A stretch of DNA of 64,000 bases from Alphaproteobacteria bacterium UBA3635 (GCA_002373935.1 DFKW01000003.1:10498-74497), one strand, 5' to 3'; shown: positions 46,215 through 55,023, numbered from the stretch's first letter. Made by a program: numbers and translations. The notes: generated by a model from the sequence alone, not told the origin.

Positions 46215-46643
46215 ATGATAAAAATTTGGACAGACGGTTCATGCCTGGGCAATCCGGGTCCGGGCGGATGGGCATTTGTTGCGACCGACGGGACAAACAC
46301 CGCGGAACGCAGTGGTGGCGAACGCAACACAACAAACAATCGTATGGAATTGATGGCGGTGATATCTGCCCTAACGGCGGCACGCAAACACAAGGCGATT
46401 GAAATCCACACCGACAGTCAGTATGTCAAAAACGGCATGCAATCATGGATGAAAAATTGGAAGAAAAACAATTGGCGCACTGCGGATAAAAAGCCGGTAA
46501 AAAATCAAGACCTGTGGATAAAATTGGACGAACTGTCCCAAAACATTGAATTGCATTGGGTATGGGTCCGCGGCCACAACGGCGAAGAATACAACGAACG
46601 TTGTGACGAATTGGCGCGCACATACGCCGAGAAATTAAAATAA
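46215..46643 (+). CDS. rnhA: Ribonuclease HI
   Basis: 142 aa. Motifs are IWTDGSCLGNPGPGGWA, TNNRMELMAVISAL, HTDSQYV and VRGHNGEEYNERCDELA. Confidence 0.92.
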   Translation: MIKIWTDGSCLGNPGPGGWAFVATDGTNTAERSGGERNTTNNRMELMAVISALTAARKHKAIEIHTDSQYVKNGMQSWMKNWKKNNWRTADKKPVKNQDLWIKLDELSQNIELHWVWVRGHNGEEYNERCDELARTYAEKLK

Positions 46644-46651
46644 ACAATCAC

Positions 46652-46686
46652 AAAAAAAATCCCCGAAATCGGGGATTTTTTATTTT
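46652..46686. terminator. Bidirectional terminator
   Basis: AAAAAAAATCCCCGA-AA-TCGGGGATTTTTTATTTT. Confidence 0.7.
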
Positions 46687-47333
46687 GAATTATACCGCAC
46701 TTTACGGACATACAAATCCATAAATTTTTTCATTTGATACATTTTACTTTTATTCATCAGGTTTTCTGGATGTTGAAAATCAAAATTATAGTTGTCAAGA
46801 ACATCCATCCACACTGAATCGTTTTTGTGTTCGACCACGGACATTTGTCTCAGCAACGCATCACCCTGGGCCTGATGTTGTTTTGATTTTTTGATTAAAT
46901 CTTGTTTTTTTGCGGCATATTCGGTGGTATCCGACGCATTTACCGTATCATTTTGTATTGCCGCCAACACCGAATCTATATCACGAATTTGGTGATTATA
47001 TTGCACCGCGGCACGGTAATGTTTGTCTGCACGCACGGAAATCTCGGTCTCGGCCATACGATGTGCCACACGCATAGAATCCAATTTTTCGTTTTTCATT
47101 TTATAAAAATCGGCACACTCTTGATCTTGCAACGCGTAAAATTGTTCAGAATACGCATCCCGTATACGCCATTGTTGCCGCATTTGTGCCATATTTTTTT
47201 CACGTATTTTGCGTGTAGGGTCAATTTTTTCCCAATCCCCCGTCACAATAACATACCCTGATATTCCCAAAACAATCATCGCAATTAAAAAAACGATAAT
47301 GTGTTGCGCCTTGTAAAAACTGTCTTTTTTCAT
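46680..47333 (-). CDS. Hypothetical membrane-anchored coiled-coil protein (217 aa)
   Basis: The ATG at 47333 follows GAGGGA. There is one N-terminal TM helix (IIVFLIAMIVLGISGYVIV). No family recognised. Confidence 0.55.
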   Translation of the reverse strand: MKKDSFYKAQHIIVFLIAMIVLGISGYVIVTGDWEKIDPTRKIREKNMAQMRQQWRIRDAYSEQFYALQDQECADFYKMKNEKLDSMRVAHRMAETEISVRADKHYRAAVQYNHQIRDIDSVLAAIQNDTVNASDTTEYAAKKQDLIKKSKQHQAQGDALLRQMSVVEHKNDSVWMDVLDNYNFDFQHPENLMNKSKMYQMKKFMDLYVRKVRYNSK

Positions 47334-47459
47334 ATTTTTCCCTCTGTTTACAGATAATATAGACAAAAAACACAAAAAGTCAAGCAGTAATACAAATTTT
47401 TATTTGAAACCGAGTCAAAAATCCGCTATAAATACCCCGCATAAAAAAAAGGAAAATGG

Positions 47460-48038
47460 ATGAATAAATTAGTATTGATGATGGGTGGCCAAGGTTCCGG
47501 CAAGGGAACAATGTCCAAAAAATTACTGGAAACAAACAAAAACTTTACATATATCGAAACCGGTGCGATGTTGCGCGCTCTGCCTGAAAATTCACCGTTG
47601 CGTGCGATGATTGCGCGTGGTGAAATGGTGCCTGATTCAGAAGTGTGCAAATTGCTGGAATCTAAAATCACATCGGCACCACGGGACGTATTATTGGATG
47701 GTTTTCCCCGCAAATTGACCCAGGCCCAGTGGTTGATAAACACATTTGGCGACAAATTTGCGACCATTGCGGTGTATTTGAACATCCCAGAAACCCTGAT
47801 GTTAAAACGAATTCAAAATCGCATAACCGAGGGCGCCGGCCGTGCCGATGACGCGGACAGCGCGGCGGTTCGTCGCAGGTTAGATACATTTATGCACGAA
47901 ACAATTCCGGCGATAAATTGGTTGCGAACTGCAAAAAATGTTAAATTTTTAGAAATCCCGATTGCGGACACAACAATTGATGCGAATTACGCAACATTGA
48001 CAAACATATTGACCGCAAATAACGTATTATCACGATAA
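47460..48038 (+). CDS. adk: Adenylate kinase (short-lid type)
   Basis: P-loop GGQGSGKGT and an LLDGFPR motif. At 192 aa it lacks a Cys4 lid. Confidence 0.87.
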   Translation: MNKLVLMMGGQGSGKGTMSKKLLETNKNFTYIETGAMLRALPENSPLRAMIARGEMVPDSEVCKLLESKITSAPRDVLLDGFPRKLTQAQWLINTFGDKFATIAVYLNIPETLMLKRIQNRITEGAGRADDADSAAVRRRLDTFMHETIPAINWLRTAKNVKFLEIPIADTTIDANYATLTNILTANNVLSR

Positions 48039-48165
48039 GTCGTCATCCCGGCGCAGGCCGGGATCCAGTTTTGCGGAACGCAAAACTTGCGTCATAAAAG
48101 CAAAAATTACACAAGTTTGCGCCAACGGCGCAAACTGGATACCGCCCTGCGGCGGTATGACGGCG
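48039..48165. repeat. MITE/REP-like palindromic element (~127 bp)
   Basis: The terminal inverted modules are GTCATCCCGGCGCAGGCCGGGATCCAGTTTTGCG and CGCAAACTGGATACCGCCCTGCGGCGGTATGAC. There are also internal hairpins. Confidence 0.6.
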
Positions 48166-48181
48166 CGGCACGCCGTTGTAC

Positions 48182-48214
48182 AAAAAACACCCCGAGTTAT
48201 CGGGGTGTTTTTTT
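48182..48214. terminator. Bidirectional terminator (adk / tail-fibre-like gene)
   Basis: AAAAAACACCCCGA-GTTA-TCGGGGTGTTTTTTT. Confidence 0.75.
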
Positions 48215-48295
48215 GATTTTATCTGGCAAGGCCTTTTTCTGATTGGGAGTTGGTTTCGGGGCCACCAAATAAAATCAAAAGGCATTAATCGAATA

Positions 48296-50068
48296 TTATT
48301 CCGATAATCCAAACACCGCAGAGCGGAACGACGCGCGAGCACGGACGTAGAGCACGCAGCTGTACGCACAGTTGTACGCACAATCGGCGGCCGGACTGCT
48401 CGCGCCGTTGAAGACCCACGCAGAGGACGACGGATTTACAGGGTATACATCCCCGTTTGCAGCCGTTCCATCCGCACCCGGAACACCAACCGCCGTCATC
48501 TTGCACCAGCAGTTTTTAAAGTTTTCCCGCGGATAGTTTGCATTATCCGTTTGACCCACCGGTGCCGGCAATTCATAGAACGCGGCCTCTTGCACCGATG
48601 TCAATTTTGTGGCAAATGTCCCCGCCACAGACGTGCATTTTGCAATGCCATATACCGCGCCCGCATCGATATCGCCCTCGGTGCCATCCCACTCAACCGC
48701 CCAAGAACCCGCGTTTTCTAAATCACCCGCGGGCAGTGTTTGATACATGCCGCCAACCGTGCGGGCGGGCGATGCCACCGTCCATTGACGCGAATAGACA
48801 TCCATGCTGCCGTCGATGTATGTTTTGCGGAAATCCGGGTTACCCTGCCACCGGCGGAAATCGACGCCACCATCGACAAGTTGTCCGTTTGGGTTTGTTT
48901 TGAAAAATGCCTCCATCCAGCGGTTTATTGGGTCGAATATTTCGTACCAATGGGGTTTGCCGTCGGTCCCCTCGACCAGCAGGCATTTTTTGCCGGCGGG
49001 GCATTTTTCATTGTCGTCCGCAATGTCGTTTGGGCGGGTTTGCTTGCCCGATTGCAATGTCGCAATGCTCGCCGCCTGGGTAATCGTTTGGGTCACGACA
49101 GAATCCACCACAGAAATTGCATTGGACAACATTAAATCCAATGGTTCAAATTGTGTATTTGTATATTTTGTTGTTGCAACATTAATGCCTGTGCACGCAG
49201 GCGTAAATTCTGTGGCGGTGTTGCCTTTTTCTAATTGCATATGGGAATAAATAATACCGTTTGCAATGGTCGGGTTTGCCGATATAACATCCATAGAAAA
49301 TGTATATTGCGTGTTTGGCTCGCATGGGAAAACGGATGTTCCAGAGTTTATGCGTTCCCCGTTGTTGTAAAAACGACAAGATGTTGTATTTTCTGGGGTT
49401 GTAAATGTGCATTTAACATTATTTTCTGGTCCAGAAAAATTGCGTGCACAACCACTATGTACAGGTGTATCGCTACCTGATTTTATGATTTGTATTATAA
49501 ATTGTGCATACCTTCTGGTATCTGGGTCGGTGCTGACAATTGTTCCGGTTGATTCATACCATTTTGAACCCTCTAAAATCATTGGTGTGGACAACAAATT
49601 TCGACATGGGTCTACGCAATTCGCATCGTATGGTGTGTATGCGGTTACGGTCGTGCCACGTTCGATTTGAATATAAGACAATTGAATACTACCACTATTA
49701 CTATTTCCGAAATTCACATAACCAATGGTTTTTCCGGCACTACTTGTGTGTAAAAAATCTCCATCAATACCAAATGGCAGCATTTCGGAAGTACCATCAG
49801 TATAACCAATTGTAAATCTTGCATTGGCAGAATTTGCCCCAACATGACCACTGAACGTGTATTGGGTGTTTGCGGCGAACGTTAACGGAAAATGCTTACC
49901 GCCACTGGCGTATGTTGACCACATTGAGTCAGCAGGGCCGCTGTAAACATCGCCGTTTTTCGTCCAATTGGGCGCATTTAATAACCAATCCATATCGAAT
50001 AAATTGCAAGCCGCATTGGCCGATATACTGAACAACAGACCCAACAACCCAAACAATATTTTTCTCAT
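48296..50068 (-). CDS. Secreted protein with two beta-sandwich modules resembling phage receptor-binding/tail-fibre proteins (590 aa)
   Basis: The ATG at 50068 follows GGGGAGAAAG. The signal peptide is MRKILFGLLGLLFSISANA. Two modules end in IQIERGTTVTAYTPY and MQLEKGNTATEFTP. The C-terminal domain is Cys-rich. Confidence 0.7.
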   Translation of the reverse strand: MRKILFGLLGLLFSISANAACNLFDMDWLLNAPNWTKNGDVYSGPADSMWSTYASGGKHFPLTFAANTQYTFSGHVGANSANARFTIGYTDGTSEMLPFGIDGDFLHTSSAGKTIGYVNFGNSNSGSIQLSYIQIERGTTVTAYTPYDANCVDPCRNLLSTPMILEGSKWYESTGTIVSTDPDTRRYAQFIIQIIKSGSDTPVHSGCARNFSGPENNVKCTFTTPENTTSCRFYNNGERINSGTSVFPCEPNTQYTFSMDVISANPTIANGIIYSHMQLEKGNTATEFTPACTGINVATTKYTNTQFEPLDLMLSNAISVVDSVVTQTITQAASIATLQSGKQTRPNDIADDNEKCPAGKKCLLVEGTDGKPHWYEIFDPINRWMEAFFKTNPNGQLVDGGVDFRRWQGNPDFRKTYIDGSMDVYSRQWTVASPARTVGGMYQTLPAGDLENAGSWAVEWDGTEGDIDAGAVYGIAKCTSVAGTFATKLTSVQEAAFYELPAPVGQTDNANYPRENFKNCWCKMTAVGVPGADGTAANGDVYPVNPSSSAWVFNGASSPAADCAYNCAYSCVLYVRARASFRSAVFGLSE

Positions 50069-50123
50069 GTTCTTTCTCCCCGTTCTTTTGGTTCTGCGTT
50101 TTTCTATTTTCGCGATTGCAAAA

Positions 50124-50150
50124 ATAAAAAAACCGCTGGGAATCCAACGG
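50124..50150 (-). terminator. Terminator-like hairpin in the 5' region of the tail-fibre-like gene
   Basis: The minus strand reads CCGTTGG-ATTC-CCAGCGG followed by TTTTTTT. It lies 55 nt upstream of the ATG at 50068. Confidence 0.5.
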
Positions 50151-50289
50151 GAATACGGCCGGGGTGTTAGCAAATCAATTGAACGATGATTCCACGGGCG
50201 TTTCTATCCGACACCGCGGCACCCCGACGAAACATAATTTCGTTTCAGGGTTTATCACATGGGAAAAATCCACATTTATAAATCCGGGT

Positions 50290-50456
50290 AATTTTTTACC
50301 GACGATAAATAAATGTCGGTGCAAAAAATGAAATGCAACAAACACAACCCCACCGAATCGAATCGGTTATGGGTCGGGAGAGTTACGATGCAAATCTTGC
50401 ACCGGTTCAATAAGGCCTGCTAAAGCCACCGGAATCCAACTCCCTTAGTTTTTTTT
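50290..50456 (+). ncRNA. Candidate structured small RNA (5' end uncertain)
   Basis: Two hairpins lie at 50304-50326 and 50361-50376. A three-way junction at 50376-50444 has closing stem GGGAG(A)GTT/AACTCCC and arms TGCAA-ATC-TTGCA and CCGGT...ACCGG. A T8 run follows at 50449-50456. No plus-strand gene lies upstream. Confidence 0.3.
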
Positions 50457-50536
50457 GGATTCACATTTGCATTATAGAAAAAAATTTTTTGCGTGTGCAA
50501 TATTTTTTTGCACTGCCCCACCGCAACCCTCTCGGA

Positions 50537-50885
50537 TATTCCCCTTCTTTATGAAAGAAGGGGGGGACCACCGAAGGTGGTGGGGTAGTTGTGAAAATAA
50601 TTTAACTGCCCCGTCACTCAACCACTATCGTGGTTTCGTGCCACCCCTTCTTTTCCGCTGGCGCGGTAAAAGACGGGGAATGTCCAGCGGGTTTTCCCGC
50701 CGTCTCCTTCTTTATGAAAGAAGGAGTACCCGAGCAAGCATTAGCGCGCGAGGGGGAGGTAATTGTGATTCAAAACCTTTTTATGGCGATTTCGTTTCAC
50801 TACATCGCCGGGCACAATTACCCCGTCTGGCTTCGCCATCCACCCCTTCTTTCATAAAGAAGGGGACGGACCACCGGTCCCCCTC
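50537..50885. repeat. Cluster of nested palindromic (REP-like) repeats
   Basis: CCCCTTCTTT-ATGA-AAGAAGGGG occurs at ~50541, a variant CTCCTTCTTTATGAAAGAAGGAG at ~50705 and CCCCTTCTTTCATAAAGAAGGGG at ~50833. There are also GGACCACC..GGTGG modules and a 10-bp inverted repeat GGTAATTGTG/CACAATTACC at 50758-50821. Confidence 0.75.
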
Positions 50886-50995
50886 CCCAATGGGGCGGAA
50901 TCAAAAAACCGGGGGATGCCTGGTTTTTTGTTGCAAACCCTTGCATTTCGGGAAAAAATATGATAAAATCACACAGATATATAAAGGGTTATTTG

Positions 50996-51988
50996 ATGTC
51001 TGAAAAAATTATTTTAACCGGTATTAAACCAACCGGTATGCCGCATATTGGAAACTATATCGGTGCATTAAAACCGTTGATTGAAAATTCCCGGCACAAT
51101 AAAACTGTTGTTTTTATTGCGGATTTGCACGCATTGAACTCTATCCACGATGCAAAAACAATTAAACAGCATACCTATGAAATCGCGGCGCTGTTGATTT
51201 CGATGGGTTTGGATATGAACAATGCGATTTTGTTTCGGCAATCTGATATTGATGCGGTGTATAAATTAAATACCCTGTTAATGAACATCACGCCCAAGGG
51301 ATTGATGAATCGCGCCCATTCTTACAAGGCCATGTTGGAAAAAAATGCCGCCGCGGGTGATGATATGGATGCGGGTGTAAATATGGGTTTATATACATAT
51401 CCAATTTTGATGTCTGCCGATATTTTGTTATACAATACCGACATTGTTCCCGTTGGTGCCGACCAAAAACAACATGTCGAATTTGCACGCGACATCGCGG
51501 AATATTTTAATCGGACATACGGCAACCTGTTCCGGTTGCCCGAACCCCAGATTGGCGCGGACGCCGGTTTGGTCCCCGGTTTGGACGGTCGTAAAATGAG
51601 TAAATCTTATGACAACACAATTCCATTATTTGCCGATGCACCAACATTAAAAAAACTTGTTATGCGCATCATCACCGACAGTAAATTACCGAACGAGCCA
51701 AAAAATCCGGATGAATCTACGATATTTTTGTTGTATAAACATTTTGCAAATGACGCGGATGTTGCAAATTTGCGCCGACTGTTTGAAAACGGCGAAATCG
51801 GTTATGGCGATGCGAAAAAAATGCTGTTCAATGCGATAGATGCGCAACTTGCCGCGCCACGCGAAAAATATAAATCTTTAATGTCGCACACGGACGAATT
51901 GGATGAAATTTTGGCAACGGGTGCCGCGCGCGCACGCAAAATTGCCAACAATACAATCGAACGCGTCATGCGTGCAATGCTGGGGTAA
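50996..51988 (+). CDS. trpS: Tryptophanyl-tRNA synthetase
   Basis: 330 aa. The HIGH-type motif is GMPHIGNYIGA and the KMSKS motif is GRKMSKSY. The ORF is trimmed to the ATG at 50996. Confidence 0.92.
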   Translation: MSEKIILTGIKPTGMPHIGNYIGALKPLIENSRHNKTVVFIADLHALNSIHDAKTIKQHTYEIAALLISMGLDMNNAILFRQSDIDAVYKLNTLLMNITPKGLMNRAHSYKAMLEKNAAAGDDMDAGVNMGLYTYPILMSADILLYNTDIVPVGADQKQHVEFARDIAEYFNRTYGNLFRLPEPQIGADAGLVPGLDGRKMSKSYDNTIPLFADAPTLKKLVMRIITDSKLPNEPKNPDESTIFLLYKHFANDADVANLRRLFENGEIGYGDAKKMLFNAIDAQLAAPREKYKSLMSHTDELDEILATGAARARKIANNTIERVMRAMLG

Positions 51989-52012
51989 AAAAAAGAACAA
52001 GGGAGAGAGAAT

Positions 52013-52738
52013 ATGAAACAATCAACACTGTGGATTATCGGAATTATTTTGGCTTTATTGGGTTATAATTTTATAACCCCGGTGACGCCACGCACAATTA
52101 CAACAACGGGTGAATGCCTGACCACGGCGCCACGCGACCGGACGGCGATTACCCTGCGTGTCACAACGTTGGATAAAAACGCATTGAAATCTATGCGTGA
52201 TGCAACGGCGCGGGTTGCCGAAATAAATGCGTATTTGGAAAACCTGGATGTGAAAACGCAAACCACTGAATTTAATTCGTATGAAAAGACCGAGTGGAAT
52301 CATGCCACACAAAAATCAATAAATTTGGGCACTGAAACCACCATCGCGATTGAGGTTTCGTCCGACAATATGGATATAATCGAACAGATTTTGAACCAAT
52401 TCGCCGGCCAGGAAAATATCTATGTTGGAAACCTGCAAATGTTCACATCGGCCGAAACATTGCAACCAATTGTCCAAGATTGTATGTCTGCGGCGGTTGA
52501 AAATGCACGCGCACGCGCGACCGCATTGGCGGCGGGTGACAATTCGTATGTTGGAAAAATGTTGTCTGTGTCGTATGGTGCGGGCGGTAATGTTGTGGCG
52601 CCAACCGCAAACTATCGATTGATGGCATCAATGGCCAAGGCCGAAACGATGGATGCCGGTGCCGGCGCGTTTGGAACGTTGTCTGCACGAGACACAAATG
52701 TTTCGGTGTCTGTTTCTGCCACATTTGAAATAAAGTAA
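52013..52738 (+). CDS. SIMPL-domain (DUF541) periplasmic protein
   Basis: 241 aa with an N-terminal anchor or signal. The layout and the A.ENARARATALAA..G..VGK motif are typical of SIMPL/26-kDa periplasmic immunogenic proteins. Confidence 0.55.
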   Translation: MKQSTLWIIGIILALLGYNFITPVTPRTITTTGECLTTAPRDRTAITLRVTTLDKNALKSMRDATARVAEINAYLENLDVKTQTTEFNSYEKTEWNHATQKSINLGTETTIAIEVSSDNMDIIEQILNQFAGQENIYVGNLQMFTSAETLQPIVQDCMSAAVENARARATALAAGDNSYVGKMLSVSYGAGGNVVAPTANYRLMASMAKAETMDAGAGAFGTLSARDTNVSVSVSATFEIK

Positions 52739-52739
52739 A

Positions 52740-53663
52740 ATGAACGAAATTATTGCGGATTTTATAAATTATTTATTAAACACAAAAAATTATTCGACGC
52801 ATACGGCGACGGCGTATGAATCTGATTTGCACGATTTTGCGTCGTTTTATGCACGATGGTCGGGAACAACACCCATGGCGAACGATTTGTCGCGCATTGA
52901 CACAATCGCGTTTCGCGCATGGTTGGCGGATCGCGCACGGCGCAAAATGGAACATAAATCAACCGCACGCGCACTGTCCGCCGTTCGCAGTTTTTACAAA
53001 TACATCGCAAAAAAATACGATATTCAAAATGACGCAATCGGACTGATATCGGCACCACGCGTTCCGCGCAAATTATCCAAGGCCATTGATGCACATGATG
53101 TATCCGATATGCACGGCGCGATTAATGTGATTGACAATAAAAATCCATGGATTGCCGCACGCGATTGGGCATTGGTGGTATTACTGTTTGGATGCGGTCT
53201 GCGCATATCCGAGGCATTGGCCCTGCGTCAACGGGATTTTGCATCGCGCCCCGACACACTGCGCATCATGGGCAAGGGTCAAAAAGAACGGATTGTGCCC
53301 GTCCTGGCGGCGGTGAACGATGCGGTTGCAAAATACATTGCCACCTGCCCTTATGCCGGCGATGAAACAAAACCATTGTTCCGCAGTGTTCGCGGTTTGC
53401 CAATGACGGCGCGTATGGCGGAAAAAGTTGTTGAAAACCTGCGCACATATTTACAGTTGCCCGATTACGTGACACCACACGCTCTGCGACACTCTTTTGC
53501 GACGGCATTATTGGCGGGCGGCGCTGATTTACGCAGTTTGCAAGAATTATTGGGCCACGCATCATTGTCCACGACCCAAATTTATACCCGTGTCAATATG
53601 GCGGAAATAAACGATATTTACACCCACGCCCACCCTTTTGCACACACCGATAACAACAAATAA
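52740..53663 (+). CDS. Tyrosine recombinase, XerC/XerD family
   Basis: 307 aa. Motifs are ARDWALVVLLFGCGLRISEAL and HALRHSFATALLAGGADLRSLQELLGHASLSTTQIYT (R..HxxR..Y catalytic set). Confidence 0.85.
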   Translation: MNEIIADFINYLLNTKNYSTHTATAYESDLHDFASFYARWSGTTPMANDLSRIDTIAFRAWLADRARRKMEHKSTARALSAVRSFYKYIAKKYDIQNDAIGLISAPRVPRKLSKAIDAHDVSDMHGAINVIDNKNPWIAARDWALVVLLFGCGLRISEALALRQRDFASRPDTLRIMGKGQKERIVPVLAAVNDAVAKYIATCPYAGDETKPLFRSVRGLPMTARMAEKVVENLRTYLQLPDYVTPHALRHSFATALLAGGADLRSLQELLGHASLSTTQIYTRVNMAEINDIYTHAHPFAHTDNNK

Positions 53664-53688
53664 AAACCGCCAAAATGGCGGTTTTTGT
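53662..53688. terminator. Bidirectional terminator (xer / rpsD)
   Basis: AAAAACCGCC-AAAAT-GGCGGTTTTTG. Confidence 0.7.
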
Positions 53689-53705
53689 TTCGAATATATT
53701 CCCGA

Positions 53706-54338
53706 TTACCGAGAATAAAATTCGACGACCAATTCCGGTGACATTTGCACGGGGTACGGAACATCTGCGAACGCAGGCACGCGAACAAATGTCGCGGTAA
53801 AGTTCGCACTGTCAACATTAACATAGTCACAGAAATTGCGTTCACCCGATTCCAATGCCAACACAACCAACGGCATTTGTTTTGCTTTCTCGCTGACGGT
53901 GATGACATCACCCGGATTGACACGATATGATGGAATTTTCACGCGTTTGCCGTTCACCATAATGTGACCGTGGTTAATCAATTGACGCGATGAAAATACG
54001 GTTGGCGCCAATTTTGCACGATACACAACGGCATCCAAACGACGTTCCAACAAACCAATCAAATTATCCGGAGTATCGCCGCGCATATTGTCGGCCTCGG
54101 CATAATATTTGTGGAATTTCTTTTCGCCAATATTGCCGTAATAACCCTTTAATGTTTGTTTTGCGCGCATCTGTTGTGCGTATGCAGAATTGTTTCCACC
54201 GCGGGATGTTGGTCCATGTTGACCCGGTTTATATTTGCGTTTGTTAAACGGGGATTTTGCCTGGCCCCACAGGTTCACACCCAAAGAACGGGCGATTTTT
54301 AATTTACGTGTGCTACGTTTTGCACCGGCTCTTGCCAT
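53706..54338 (-). CDS. rpsD: 30S ribosomal protein S4
   Basis: 210 aa with an S4 N-terminal region. The S4 RNA-binding domain is LERRLDAVVYRAKLAPTVFSSRQLINHGHIMVNGKRV. Confidence 0.93.
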   Translation of the reverse strand: MARAGAKRSTRKLKIARSLGVNLWGQAKSPFNKRKYKPGQHGPTSRGGNNSAYAQQMRAKQTLKGYYGNIGEKKFHKYYAEADNMRGDTPDNLIGLLERRLDAVVYRAKLAPTVFSSRQLINHGHIMVNGKRVKIPSYRVNPGDVITVSEKAKQMPLVVLALESGERNFCDYVNVDSANFTATFVRVPAFADVPYPVQMSPELVVEFYSR

Positions 54339-54402
54339 AATTAATCCTTTTATTTTTTGGTTTTTATTGTGCCGGATGTTTCACAGAATCCTTATCGCGG
54401 AC

Positions 54403-54451
54403 GGGACCAAAAAGCACCGCCGTTTAATCAGTTCTGATTACCCAGCGGTGC
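54403..54451 (-). terminator. Rho-independent terminator downstream of the 141-aa gene
   Basis: The minus strand reads GCACCGCTGGGTAATCAGAACTGATTAAACGGCGGTGC followed by TTTTTGG. Confidence 0.6.
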
Positions 54452-54496
54452 ATATATTAAAGCAAAATTACCCGAAAATCAAGTTTTTTTATGATT

Positions 54497-54922
54497 TTAT
54501 TTATCATTTTCTTGGTCAAAAACGAATTTCGCCAACGCGTCACGCATTTTTTGAACCTTTTTCGCACGATTTTGCGCCCGCACTTGCTTTTTTGCGGCTT
54601 TTGCATTGGTTTTTTCTTGGGATTTTATTTTGTTATCCAACGCACGACGCACCAGTCCCATTTTCCATTTCATATACCCTGTTGCATCAAACACACGCAC
54701 AAAACCGTTCTCTGTGATTTTACCAACATAACCATTAAATTCAATTATTGTGCGATATCCATGACCATCTTCGCACCAATCCATTATATATTGTTTATAC
54801 ACAACGGTTTCGTGCACCAATTTAACACGCGTATCTTCGTAATCCAGACCCGTTAAAATACGGTTCGTAAAATCAATATCTGACTTTAACCGTTTTGCAT
54901 TATCAATAAATTTACCTGTCAT
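54497..54922 (-). CDS. Hypothetical protein with K/A/Q-rich basic tail (141 aa)
   Basis: Consistent ORF, possibly starting at 54943. No recognisable motif. Confidence 0.5.
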   Translation of the reverse strand: MTGKFIDNAKRLKSDIDFTNRILTGLDYEDTRVKLVHETVVYKQYIMDWCEDGHGYRTIIEFNGYVGKITENGFVRVFDATGYMKWKMGLVRRALDNKIKSQEKTNAKAAKKQVRAQNRAKKVQKMRDALAKFVFDQENDK

Positions 54923-54986
54923 TATAAATCCTTTATTCAACAATGTTATTGTAGCCCCATTATCCTTTTTGTCAATACCGGTTCAT

Positions 54987-55020
54987 TAAAAAAATCCCCG
55001 AACAAAAATTCGGGGCAAAA
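54987..55020 (-). terminator. Rho-independent terminator downstream of lemA
   Basis: The minus strand reads CCCCGAA-TTTTTG-TTCGGGG followed by ATTTTTTT. Confidence 0.65.
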
Positions 55021-55023
55021 ATA

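Noticed and set aside
46513-46521. Perfect DnaA-box-like nonamer TGTGGATAA.
   Set aside because: It is a single copy inside the rnhA coding sequence, with no cluster and no AT-rich unwinding element. The window instead contains a dif-like site, which suggests terminus rather than origin.
48043-48381. 112-aa minus-strand ORF between adk and the tail-fibre-like gene.
   Set aside because: It spans the MITE-like element and a bidirectional terminator and overlaps the 3' end of the real gene, so it is a spurious read-through ORF.
50376-50444. Three-way junction as a purine riboswitch or hammerhead ribozyme.
   Set aside because: The conserved cores (purine J2-3/CCGUAAA-type loops; hammerhead CUGAUGA...GAAA) are absent. 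It is retained only as an unclassified structured-RNA candidate.
50455-51003. 182-aa ORF (and 50630-50857) upstream of trpS.
   Set aside because: It is composed of translated palindromic repeats (PFFMKEGG, LLLYERR, PSFIKKG). It has no RBS and no coding periodicity, and its end overlaps the real trpS start region.
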